Below, piece after piece: positions 24,237 through 33,571 of a stretch of 64,000 nt of DNA. The position numbers and the translations under genes were made by a program. This DNA comes from Leidyana gryllorum EB-2025a. Taxonomy: Eukaryota > Protista > Apicomplexa. The DNA lies in the NCBI GenBank assembly GCA_048772705.1, contig JBLWGC010000224.1, positions 186,001 through 250,000 on the forward strand. The letters are read 5' to 3'. Each line of letters starts with the position of its first letter. The first letter of the stretch is position 1. The notes under the pieces were generated by a model that saw only the letters and a list, made by a program, of their open reading frames with translations, had not been told where the DNA came from and made no database searches.

Positions 24237-26762
24237 TTAGACGAGGGTGACAGTGAAAGGCAGTCGCTCATCAGCGGAGTTGAAGCCGACCCAAATAGTA
24301 AAGGTGCCCTTCTCAACAATATATTCCAGCTCGGGGGTATAGAATCCGAAGTCTTCCATGACATCGAGCTCAAACTCGAAATCAGCTGAGGCATCAGCAG
24401 CAGCGGCAGGGAACTCAATTCGCTGGAATCGGCGAAGAAGCTTGTTCGGAGGGTTATAGGTGCGGACATCGTCACGAACATAGACTTGAACGATCTCAGC
24501 AGATGCGTAGGGGCCACTCTTATTGAGAGTTCCAGTGATTTTGATCTTGTCTTTCACTGTGACCTCCTCTGGAGTGACCTGTACGTTACTTAGAGTGTAT
24601 TGGTTATAATGCAGTCCGTGTGCGAAGACGAAGCGCGGATCGGCCTTGGAGTCGATGTACTTGGAAACATATTGGACTGAACCAGAGTAGTCTTCGTCAC
24701 AGAGATACTGCTCCTTGTACCATACGCCATTCTCGCCCTCGACATTGCGCTCGCAGTCAACACCGTCTTTGAAGATGTCCCGGGTCGCGTTGGCTTGGTA
24801 GTAGAAGATGGGGATTTGGCCGACGTTCCTTGGTTGAGTGAAGGGAAGACGGCCGGTGGCGTCGTAGTGTCCAAACAACACATCGCGCAGGCCGGGACCT
24901 CCCTGATGGCCGGCAACCCAACCGTATACGACGGCATCGAGGTGCTCGACCTCCCATTCCATAATGTTTGCGCGTCCAGTAAGGAAGACTGCGATCAATT
25001 TGGGGCGTGTGGCTTCTGGCATGGCCTGGGCAGCGTCATAAGAAGCTTTCATGAGATCGAGCTGAGTGCCAGTGAGAGTCAGATCAGTACGGGACGTGGA
25101 CTCGCCGTTCATGACCTCAAGATCGCCGACGAAGAAGAGAATGTGGGTGAAGTCTCCCGAAGTGACCTTCTGGATAGTTTCGTCCCAGTTGCGCTGCATT
25201 GTTTCCTCGCCGTAGATGTCGGGGTAGAAGGGGTGAGTGTAGCCGGGAGTATAGTCACATCTGAACGGCGCGTTTTCAGTTTCCTCAACGGTGCCACAGA
25301 AAGAGCGTCTGTAGGTCATAACCTTGCTGGGATAGCAGTCCGAGACCATAAAGGCGCGGCCGGGCCAGGAACCAATCATGTGACGGGGCTCGTCAGCCAG
25401 ACTTCCGACCAACAGTACGTTAGTGGATTGTGTGTTGGGCATAGGCAGAGTCTGATCCTTGTTGGTGACCATGACAACGCTCTTGCGGACGGTCTCACGG
25501 GCGACTTCCATGTGGTTATCGTGACAGAAGAGGGAAGCATCGTAATCCGGTTTGTACAAAGTCTCGTTATCGAAGAGTCCGAGTCTGTCTTTGAGGGCAA
25601 TGACACGCTTGGCGCTGAGCTCGGCGTATTCGTGGTAGGTATGTCCGTCGGGAGCGATTTCGGCACCGACGGCATCGAGGTTGTCGAGGTAAACTCCGTC
25701 ACTCATGGACAAGTCAACACCCGCGTAAACACCTTTGCGAGCGGCGTCCTTGGCGTCTTCGGCAACCCAGAGAGATTGGAGATCGTAGACCGCAGTGTAA
25801 TCGGCCATGACGACACCGTCCCATCCCCAGTAGCCACGGATAATGTCGTTGATCATGAAGCGGTAGCCATGAGCGGCCATGCCATCCATAGCGCTGTAGG
25901 AAGGCATCCAGGTCCAGGACTCGAGAATGGCGGGCTTCATAGCTTGGAGGAAAACATTCAGAAGTTCAGAGAGGTCGAGATTGGCAGTTTGATAGTCTTT
26001 GCCGCCTTCAGGGAGACCGTAGGCAGTCACGTGCTTGATGCAGGTAGCCACACCTTCGCTCTGGAAAGCGCGGACGTAAGCGGCCCCGAGCACACCAGTG
26101 AGGTACGGGTCCTCGCCACTGCCCTCAGAAACACGGCCCCAGCGAGGGTCGCGGCCGATGTCGAGGTTGGGGCCGAAGGTCATGCGAACACCCGAGTTAC
26201 GAGTCTCGATGGCTGCAATTTTGGTGCCTTTCTCAATCAACTCGGGAGAGAAGGCCGCCGCCATTCCGACATTTAGCGGGAAGGTAGTTGCCTGGCCGTG
26301 AACGGTATCGTTGGCAAAGAGGATCGGCACATAACCAAACTCGGTGGCCATTTCCTGGACTTTATCGGTTTCAGGGCGCTCTTGCATGTTGAGGAGCGAT
26401 CCCACCAGGCCTTGACGGATGTAATCGCGGTAGTTTTCGGGGTCAAAGCCGCCGTCCTGGTTGCGCTCCCAGTCAAACTGACTCATTTGACCGTAGACTT
26501 GGCGACGAGAAAGAGAGTTGAAGGCTTTACGACCAGCCGCAGAGGTTTTCCATTTGGAGAAGATGTCATCCTTGAAGGGGTCGTGAGGACGAATGTTGAC
26601 CGCGTAGGTGATTTGATTAATTTCGGTCTCGTCAGTTAGAGTAAGCGGTAGAACGATGGCCAGCACCAGACACACCAAACCCAAGACTCCGGCAAACCAA
26701 ACAATGGGCTTGCGGATGTGGTAGGCAGACCCACCATCAGTAGCACCCTTCTCGCTGCTCAT
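24237..26762 (-). CDS. GH3 beta-glucosidase/xylosidase (BglX-like) with N-terminal membrane anchor, intronless
   Basis: DTVHG, TFPLNVGMAAAF, RDPRWGRVSEGSGEDPYL, CIKH, VVMADY (nucleophile), NGESTSR (acid/base), GRLPFT..RNVGQIP and a FnIII-like EIVQVYVRD domain; TM helix at aa ~19-41. Confidence 0.95.
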   Translation of the reverse strand: MSSEKGATDGGSAYHIRKPIVWFAGVLGLVCLVLAIVLPLTLTDETEINQITYAVNIRPHDPFKDDIFSKWKTSAAGRKAFNSLSRRQVYGQMSQFDWERNQDGGFDPENYRDYIRQGLVGSLLNMQERPETDKVQEMATEFGYVPILFANDTVHGQATTFPLNVGMAAAFSPELIEKGTKIAAIETRNSGVRMTFGPNLDIGRDPRWGRVSEGSGEDPYLTGVLGAAYVRAFQSEGVATCIKHVTAYGLPEGGKDYQTANLDLSELLNVFLQAMKPAILESWTWMPSYSAMDGMAAHGYRFMINDIIRGYWGWDGVVMADYTAVYDLQSLWVAEDAKDAARKGVYAGVDLSMSDGVYLDNLDAVGAEIAPDGHTYHEYAELSAKRVIALKDRLGLFDNETLYKPDYDASLFCHDNHMEVARETVRKSVVMVTNKDQTLPMPNTQSTNVLLVGSLADEPRHMIGSWPGRAFMVSDCYPSKVMTYRRSFCGTVEETENAPFRCDYTPGYTHPFYPDIYGEETMQRNWDETIQKVTSGDFTHILFFVGDLEVMNGESTSRTDLTLTGTQLDLMKASYDAAQAMPEATRPKLIAVFLTGRANIMEWEVEHLDAVVYGWVAGHQGGPGLRDVLFGHYDATGRLPFTQPRNVGQIPIFYYQANATRDIFKDGVDCERNVEGENGVWYKEQYLCDEDYSGSVQYVSKYIDSKADPRFVFAHGLHYNQYTLSNVQVTPEEVTVKDKIKITGTLNKSGPYASAEIVQVYVRDDVRTYNPPNKLLRRFQRIEFPAAAADASADFEFELDVMEDFGFYTPELEYIVEKGTFTIWVGFNSADERLPFTVTLV

Positions 26763-27020
26763 GAAAAATGCTCAAAGTAGAAAGCTTGGCTCGATGATCA
26801 AATCTGCTGCAGGAGGCGGACTGCTTCGATGTTTTATTACAACTTGTCAGTCGTAGATCGATGTGTGCGGATCCCAGATTTTGGGCCATGAATCTGGTTC
26901 GCACACAAGGATGATCTTTTACGTTGTTGACAAAGTCAGTTCAGCCAAGCAACTCACTCTTACTCTTCTGGGCCTTTTTACAGTCGACGTCGTCAAGTTT
27001 TTATCTGACTACTAATCATC
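26763..27020. promoter_or_regulatory. Candidate bidirectional promoter between divergent GH3 genes
   Basis: 258-bp gap between divergent ATGs; AATCTG motif three times (26801, 26875 reverse, 26891); inverted repeat ccagatt-N10-aatctgg. Confidence 0.45.
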
Positions 27021-29639
27021 ATGAGCGGTAATTACGCGGTTAAGCGGCCCATCGCTTGGATTGGCGGGCTAATCCTCTTGGCGCTAATTGTTCTCGCCAT
27101 CGTTCTTCCCATTACTGCTCGGAAGAAGGAAGATGTCATAATCAGTCGCTTCGAAGGCCACTACGAAGTCTTCCAGCCCTTTGCCGGAGACAACGATCCG
27201 TTCGCACTGCTCACTAACGAGCAAAGAGAACGTGCCCAAGCCGCCTTTGACAGCATGTCCGAGGAGCAGAAGCGCGGACACATCAACGTCTACCCTACTT
27301 ACGGCCTCCTCACCGGACCGCCAGTTGATGGCTTTGATAACACTCCAGCTGGCTTTGAGAAAATGATCCGCGATGGGTTGGTTGGGGCTTTCTTGAACTT
27401 TGTTGACCCCGAGGAAATTACCGCCATTCAAACCAACGCAACTGAGGAAGTGAGCGACAACTCTGGCTACCCTCTTATGCTCGGATTCGATATTATCCAC
27501 GGCTTCGCTACAATCTTCCCCGTCAACTTGGGTATGGCTTCCGCCTTTGACCCGCAAATGATCTACGACCACGCTGCCTGGGCTGCCCGTGAGGCCCGCT
27601 CTGTCGGTGTCAACTGGAACTACGGTCCCATGTTGGATGTGGGCAGAGATCCGCGCTGGGGACGTGTGTCTGAGGGCAGCGGTGAAGACGCTTATCTGGC
27701 TGGTACTTTGGGCGAAGCTTACATTCGAGGTTTCCAGGACAACAAGGTCGCCGCTTGTGTGAAGCACGTTGGTGCCTATGGCGTCACTCGCGCAGGACGC
27801 GATTATACTTCGGGTGAAATGGGCCGTCTGACTCTGTTCAACGACTACTTTGAGGCTTACCGTCGTGGTTTCAAGGCCAAGCCTCTCACTGCGATGGCTT
27901 CCTTCAACGCTGTGTTCCGCAACGCTGCCCATATGAACCGTGAACTGCTTCAAGACATTCTCCGCATCCAGTGGGGCTTCGACGGCTTTGTAGTCGCAGA
28001 CTGGAGCGGTCCGACCGATATGTTTGCCATGCGTGTCGTTGAGAACGGAAACCTGACTCAAGCTGGCGAGGCTTCGCTTGAAGCTGGTGTTGATATGAAC
28101 ATGTCTGATATGGCTTTCTGGACCGGTCTCGCCGAGAGCGGCAAAAAGCGCGCCAAATCCACTGGCCGCACCTTCCAGGACCACATCGACTTGGCCGTCA
28201 AGAGAATCTTGGCTGTCAAGGAGCGCATGAACATCTGGGATGAGTACATTCCTTCTGCCACAGCACCATCGCTTCCCTTCGATGACGCTATGGACTTTGC
28301 CGAGAAGGTCGCTGAGAAGTCTGCCGTTCTCCTTAAAAATGGCGAGTTCAATGGTGAAAAGGTCCTTCCGCTCGACCCGTCCCTTGATAAAGAGCTGTGG
28401 CTGGTTGGCTCCATCGCCGAGATTCCCCGTGATCATCAGGGATCCTGGTCCTCATCTGGTGTTCCCTACAACTCGACGGTTGTCACCGTCAAGAAGGCGC
28501 TCGAGCAACGCCGGCCCCTCGAGGAAGGCGGAAACTGGAAATACTTTACAGGATACAACACCACCTGGAGAGACGAAGACAACGAGGACGAAGCCGAGGC
28601 CTTGGAAACTGTTGTGGAGGCCTTCCGTGCTGCCAACCCCAAACCCGACACTGTGGTCTTTGTGGTGGGCGAAAACTCCAACCAGAGTGGCGAAGGAACT
28701 TCTCGAACCAACTTGACTGTCTCCGGCACCCAGTTGGTTATGGTAAAGCGCATTCATGAGATCAACCAAGCCATCGAAGATGAGACTCAGCGTTCCAAAC
28801 TGGTCTATGTCGTCATGGCTGGTCGCCCTCTGACTATCCCCTGGGAGGCCGAAAACCTCGACGCCATCCTCTACGCCTGGAACAATGGCGCTCGCGGCGG
28901 ACCCGCCATCTGGAACCTCCTGTTCGGTGACAAGAGTCCCAGCGGAAAGCTTCCCATCACCATGGCACGCAACGTTGGCCAATTGCCCATCTACTACCAG
29001 TACCGCGGCCATCGCGCCCAGTTGAACAGCGAGCAGTGGGATCACATCCTCGACCCCCACTACTGCCTCTGGGATGACAACAAGGAAGATCACCACCGCT
29101 ACCCCATTGGAGGCCGCTGCTACATGTCCAACTACATCGACTCCCAAACCAGCCCTCTCTACTGGTTCGGCCACGGTCTCACCTACTCTGAGTTCAAATA
29201 CTCCAATATTGAAGTCTCCCGCGATCAAATCGGTCTACAAGAGATCTACGCAGAGCACCCCAACGTCACTGTCAGCTTCCAAGTTGAACGTGTCGGCGGC
29301 AGACGCGATATCGAGGCGACTGAGATTGTACAGATTTACGTCCGCGATGTCGTCGCTTCTGTTATGCCCGCCTGGAAGAACCTCCGTGGATACACTCGTG
29401 TCACCTTCCCTGCCCTCGCTACTGCGGACGCAGACGAAGAGCCCCAGACCGCCAGCGTCGTCCTCAACCTCTACGAAGACTTTGGCTTCTGGAACGAAGC
29501 TATGGAGTGGGTTGTTGAGCCTGGCCGCTTCGACATTATAGTCGGCAAGAGCGCTCGTGATGAGGAACATATCGTGCCTTTCTATGTGATCGACAACAGT
29601 GGTAGAACCAACCTCCCGTTGGGTGCCCGAGCTGACTAA
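27021..29639 (+). CDS. GH3 beta-glucosidase/xylosidase (BglX-like) with N-terminal membrane anchor, intronless
   Basis: DIIHG, IFPVNLGMASAFD, RDPRWGRVSEGSGED, CVKH, FVVADW, SGEGTSR, SPSGKLPIT..RNVGQLP, LYWFGHGLTYS and a FnIII-like domain; TM helix at aa ~10-32. Confidence 0.95.
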   Translation: MSGNYAVKRPIAWIGGLILLALIVLAIVLPITARKKEDVIISRFEGHYEVFQPFAGDNDPFALLTNEQRERAQAAFDSMSEEQKRGHINVYPTYGLLTGPPVDGFDNTPAGFEKMIRDGLVGAFLNFVDPEEITAIQTNATEEVSDNSGYPLMLGFDIIHGFATIFPVNLGMASAFDPQMIYDHAAWAAREARSVGVNWNYGPMLDVGRDPRWGRVSEGSGEDAYLAGTLGEAYIRGFQDNKVAACVKHVGAYGVTRAGRDYTSGEMGRLTLFNDYFEAYRRGFKAKPLTAMASFNAVFRNAAHMNRELLQDILRIQWGFDGFVVADWSGPTDMFAMRVVENGNLTQAGEASLEAGVDMNMSDMAFWTGLAESGKKRAKSTGRTFQDHIDLAVKRILAVKERMNIWDEYIPSATAPSLPFDDAMDFAEKVAEKSAVLLKNGEFNGEKVLPLDPSLDKELWLVGSIAEIPRDHQGSWSSSGVPYNSTVVTVKKALEQRRPLEEGGNWKYFTGYNTTWRDEDNEDEAEALETVVEAFRAANPKPDTVVFVVGENSNQSGEGTSRTNLTVSGTQLVMVKRIHEINQAIEDETQRSKLVYVVMAGRPLTIPWEAENLDAILYAWNNGARGGPAIWNLLFGDKSPSGKLPITMARNVGQLPIYYQYRGHRAQLNSEQWDHILDPHYCLWDDNKEDHHRYPIGGRCYMSNYIDSQTSPLYWFGHGLTYSEFKYSNIEVSRDQIGLQEIYAEHPNVTVSFQVERVGGRRDIEATEIVQIYVRDVVASVMPAWKNLRGYTRVTFPALATADADEEPQTASVVLNLYEDFGFWNEAMEWVVEPGRFDIIVGKSARDEEHIVPFYVIDNSGRTNLPLGARAD

Positions 29640-30578
29640 CTGCCTGGCAAACTGACTGACTTTATGCTCAACAAGAAGCTTAACAAGTAACAGCGCAGCA
29701 GCGTCTACTTCTCTCCCCCTCGATCTCTTATCACATGCTTTGGACTCAATCCTCTATACACACACACACGCTCGATTACCCTCTATCCACTGTTCACAGC
29801 ACCATTTTTTGCTCCTTTTTATTCACATTCACCACTTTTTCACTTCTTAACCTAATTTGATCATTCTAATCAGTCCAAACATCAAAATGCACCGCAACAG
29901 TCACTCACACTGGGTGGCAGTGCCCGTCAACAGTGCCCAATTCCTTGATTTGATCTCTTCTTTACCTCGTAGTTGCTATGATTTGTTCACCTGGCGTTGC
30001 GACATGCATGTTGCCTGCCAAAACCATTTGTCTAGCTGTGAGTGTGTTTCTTCTGCCCTGTGACTAGCATGTATGTATCTTTACTTTGGGCGCCCGGCAC
30101 TTCCTGCGGCGACTATTGCTGGCTATGGATCGCTCGGGCAGAAGCTTGATGGGATTGTACCGGCAACGACAAGTTTGTGCGGACCGAGGCAGTAAAGTCG
30201 CACGGTCCGCGGCTGGAGCTAAAAATTGATACCTTTTTCTGTGGTGGTATTTCATCAGATCTCCGTACTCTGGGGTGACCGATGGGAACAAAATAGTCAA
30301 TCGTGTACACGAATGCAAATACATAGAGGGGATATGGTCGTTCCACCAACTCTGTTGTACAACGGCCATCAGCCGGGTTCCTGCGATAGAGGTTACTGGC
30401 CTTTTCACGTCGAATTGTGTATCGGTGATCTGCAATTTCTTGCTTTCGGACGATCTTGTATCGGTGTGTGCGTGCGTGTGTGTGTGTGTGTGTAGACCGC
30501 CGGTCGCTAGATAACATATCTGGCGGATTTGATGTAAGATAGCCAATTGGCCGGAAACGTCATCATTGTATAGTATTT

Positions 30579-33308
30579 TCAAGTGACCGTGACGTTGAGG
30601 GATTGGATGGGGCATTGTGAGTCGAAACCAACTGAAATTTCATATGAGCCAGGTTCAATGACCCATTCCAAGTAATCATTGTAAACGCCAAAGTCTTGCG
30701 GATCCCCGAGCATTATGAAGGTACCGCGGGTGCTTTCTTCAGCGGCGAACCCAATCCGCTCAAAGTATTTCAGGCGTTTGACTGGCGCGACGATGTTGGA
30801 ATTAGTTTTACGCATATATAATTGCAGTACAACGTCAGCAGCCCATTGGTAGTTCTTGCGAACGTTGACAGAAATAATAAACGGTCTCACAGATTTGGAG
30901 TTCCATATCAAATCCGAGGATTCGGCCCCAAAGATTTCGAACTCACCATAGCTCATTCCCCAGCCAAATTCAACCAATGGCTCCTCGTCGGCGTCAGCAT
31001 AGACAGGTCTATCATAAGGGTCCAAATCGCCCGCGCGGTAACCCGCAGCGTAATGTGTAGGAATTTGGCCGACACTGCGAATAAGGCTCATGGGCATCCG
31101 CCCTGCCGGGGAAGTATGGCCCAGAAGAAGGCGACGGAAGGCCAATCCGCCGCGAGTTCCAGCGTGCCACATCCAGAGGACTGCATCAGCAGCCTCAAAA
31201 AGCTCCTCAAACAAGATCGGCCGGCTTGCACACACGACAACAAGTAACGGCACTGGTGGATCGTACTCATCCCTCATTTCTATGAGTAACTTGCCCAAAC
31301 GTACTTCTTTGGCGTCGAGCTCGAGGAATGCTCTGCTTGACTCCGCCTGCTTAGCAGTTTCGCCAATGAAAAGTATCAGCAGACTCGGGCGGCCTTCGCC
31401 AACGGTATTCCGGAGATCAGCGGCGACCTTTTCATCTTTCATGGCTTCAGTCATTCGCGGTTTCGCCGCCTTTGTCTTTGTTGTTCCCTTCAATGCTGAG
31501 AGCGGCTCTCCATTTTCGTCCTCCTGCTCGTCATCGTCGTCATCGTTCGGTTCCCGATAATAAAGGATACCGAGATCGGGGTCAGTGTCTCTGGGGGCGT
31601 TCATTGACGATAGATCCTCGCCGTATGCCACTCGCGAGGGGCCGCTTACGCCCCCATTCCCGTTCTCCACGGCGCTCACATAAGTGGTAATATGATCGGC
31701 ACACCCGCCGTCTTCCAACAAGCGGAGACCTGCAACGGGCTGGGGTCCCAACTGGTCGACTGGGTCGTCCGCCTTGGATCCGCCAATCACTACCCACCCG
31801 CCCGTCTTGATCGGCAAAACTTGATTGTCATTCTTCAACAAAACAGCCGAACGCTCCGCGGCCATCTGTGCGAGAGCCAAAGTACTTTCGTCACACAAGG
31901 ATCTCTGAACAAACGCCCTCCTCGTCATATCGTTCCCCTCCGCGTCGGCTTCGACGTCGACTTCGAATCCTACAGAGAAACACACAAATGTCATTCATTC
32001 ATTCATTGTACTCGAAATCGCCCTTTGGCCTCGGCCCCAAAGATAACACACACATACAAACTTACCACCAGCTCGCGTCTTTGGACCGCGGGACTGTGCC
32101 TCCTCTGTCAATATGCCCAAAGAGTATTTCATCTTGATCATCCGCTTGGCGGAGAGATCGATGTGCTCCTGGATCTTGTGTCCCTCATTAGTCACACTGC
32201 CCGCGATCGCAAGTCCGTGGTCAATTACTGCTCTGTCGCCATTGAAAACGTCAATTCCCGCATACATTGTGCCCGCCAAAGCAGTTCGCTCTGTGGCATA
32301 GACACCACGTCGCAACAATGCCTCAATCGCTCGACTTCCGCCTATCATCACCCCACGCCACCCCCACATCCCTCGAACCAAGTCAGATAGAATGTCATGA
32401 CTATCATGCAGTGCACGCCCGCCGTGAGAATGCTGCGCCACCATCGCGGCTGAAGCGTAAGAAAAGGCATTACGAAACGGATTGAGGTAATCAAAGTAGA
32501 ATTCGTTCAGATGAATGGCAGCCTCTCCGAAATCACGACCTCCGCGGACAGTACTCGGTGCCCCAAATTGAGTCACACAAGCCGCCAAACCCTCTCGCTC
32601 GTACCCCCGAACCATACTCACAGCCATCTCCGATGCCAGGTGGGTATCTTCGCCGAAACTCAAACTCGTTCCGGACCAACGGGGATCTCGCGAAATCGCA
32701 GCCGTCGGACCCAAACCCATATGGATGCCGACACTCCTCGCTTCCCACGCTATCACCCGTGCCACATCATATACAAACGCGGAGTCAAATGTGGCTGCCA
32801 AACCCATCGGCGTAGGAAAGATCGTAGCGAATCCGTGACTCAAAGTCGTCGCGAACAATAATGGCGGCGCACCTTCGGAACTCACTGCTGCCTTCACGCT
32901 CCGAATTTCATCATAACTATGCATGTCAATTATACCTCCCAGCGTTCCATTCACTGCGGCTTTCCTCAACTCCTCCACCGAATAATCGTTGTAAGATTCC
33001 AACCGCAACTGCGCCACACGCTCAGCCCCACTCAGACCCTCATACACACGACGGGCCACCTCTAAGGTTGCTGATTCAAACGGATCTGGAAGATCGAAAA
33101 CATCAATATGGTTTATCGGGCGCCGTATAGTCACCAGTGTGTCACCACACCCTACTTGCGTCGCCAGTGCCAAGTACACTACCACCATCAACACGATCAA
33201 TGCCGATATCATTAGCGGAATCAATATCCATATCCATCGTTTCGCCCATGTCACCTTGCTCCCGCTCACGGTACTGACCGTTCGGTGAGTTCCGTACTCT
33301 TCAGACAT
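30579..33308 (-). CDS. Divergent GH3-fold protein lacking catalytic residues (pseudoenzyme), 2 exons, membrane-anchored
   Basis: A 96-nt GTAAGT..GTAG intron (31970-32065) joins the two ORFs into ~877 aa. GH3 scaffold motifs are kept (FATIFPTPMGLAATFD, RDPRW, SAVLLKND, SPAGRMP..RSVGQIP, FGWGMSY), but KH becomes TQ and the xDW nucleophile motif becomes GGS. Confidence 0.85.
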
Positions 33309-33571
33309 AGTATTCAGAGACAAGACAGGTAGTCTACAAACCAATGATCTTTACTTCAAAAAATACACCACACAGCTCCCCAACGCCAACAATCTTGAGC
33401 CTGACACAATCAACCCACTCATGTCCTACTCAGCGGACACCCAAGCCACCGGGAAACGCCCCCAACACTAAGAAGCAAACAAGCCCCATTGAGACGCCCA
33501 TTGTGATGTAACCGTCACCCGATCTGGAAAAATAAACTGGTTCAAGTAGTGCAACTGTGTCAACTTTATCA

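Noticed and set aside
24795-26276. 493-aa + strand ORF (and 450-aa and 258-aa - strand ORFs at 27084-28436 and 28452-29228)
   Set aside because: In-register antisense shadows of the GH3 genes, caused by strong codon bias; no protein-like motifs.
24237-29639. Bacterial contamination or misassembly of the GH3 pair
   Set aside because: No Shine-Dalgarno or operon context, eukaryote-like anchors and sequons, CA-rich 3' flank, and an adjacent intron-bearing paralog; read-level confirmation is still advisable.
29857-30615. Possible small gene between GH3-2 and GH3-3
   Set aside because: ORFs cross a microsatellite, lack a convincing start and motif; probably 3' UTRs, though a small gene is not excluded.
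31970-32065. Break between the two halves of the third GH3 read as a pseudogene lesion
   Set aside because: A canonical GTAAGT..TGTAG 96-nt intron removes the stop and restores the frame.
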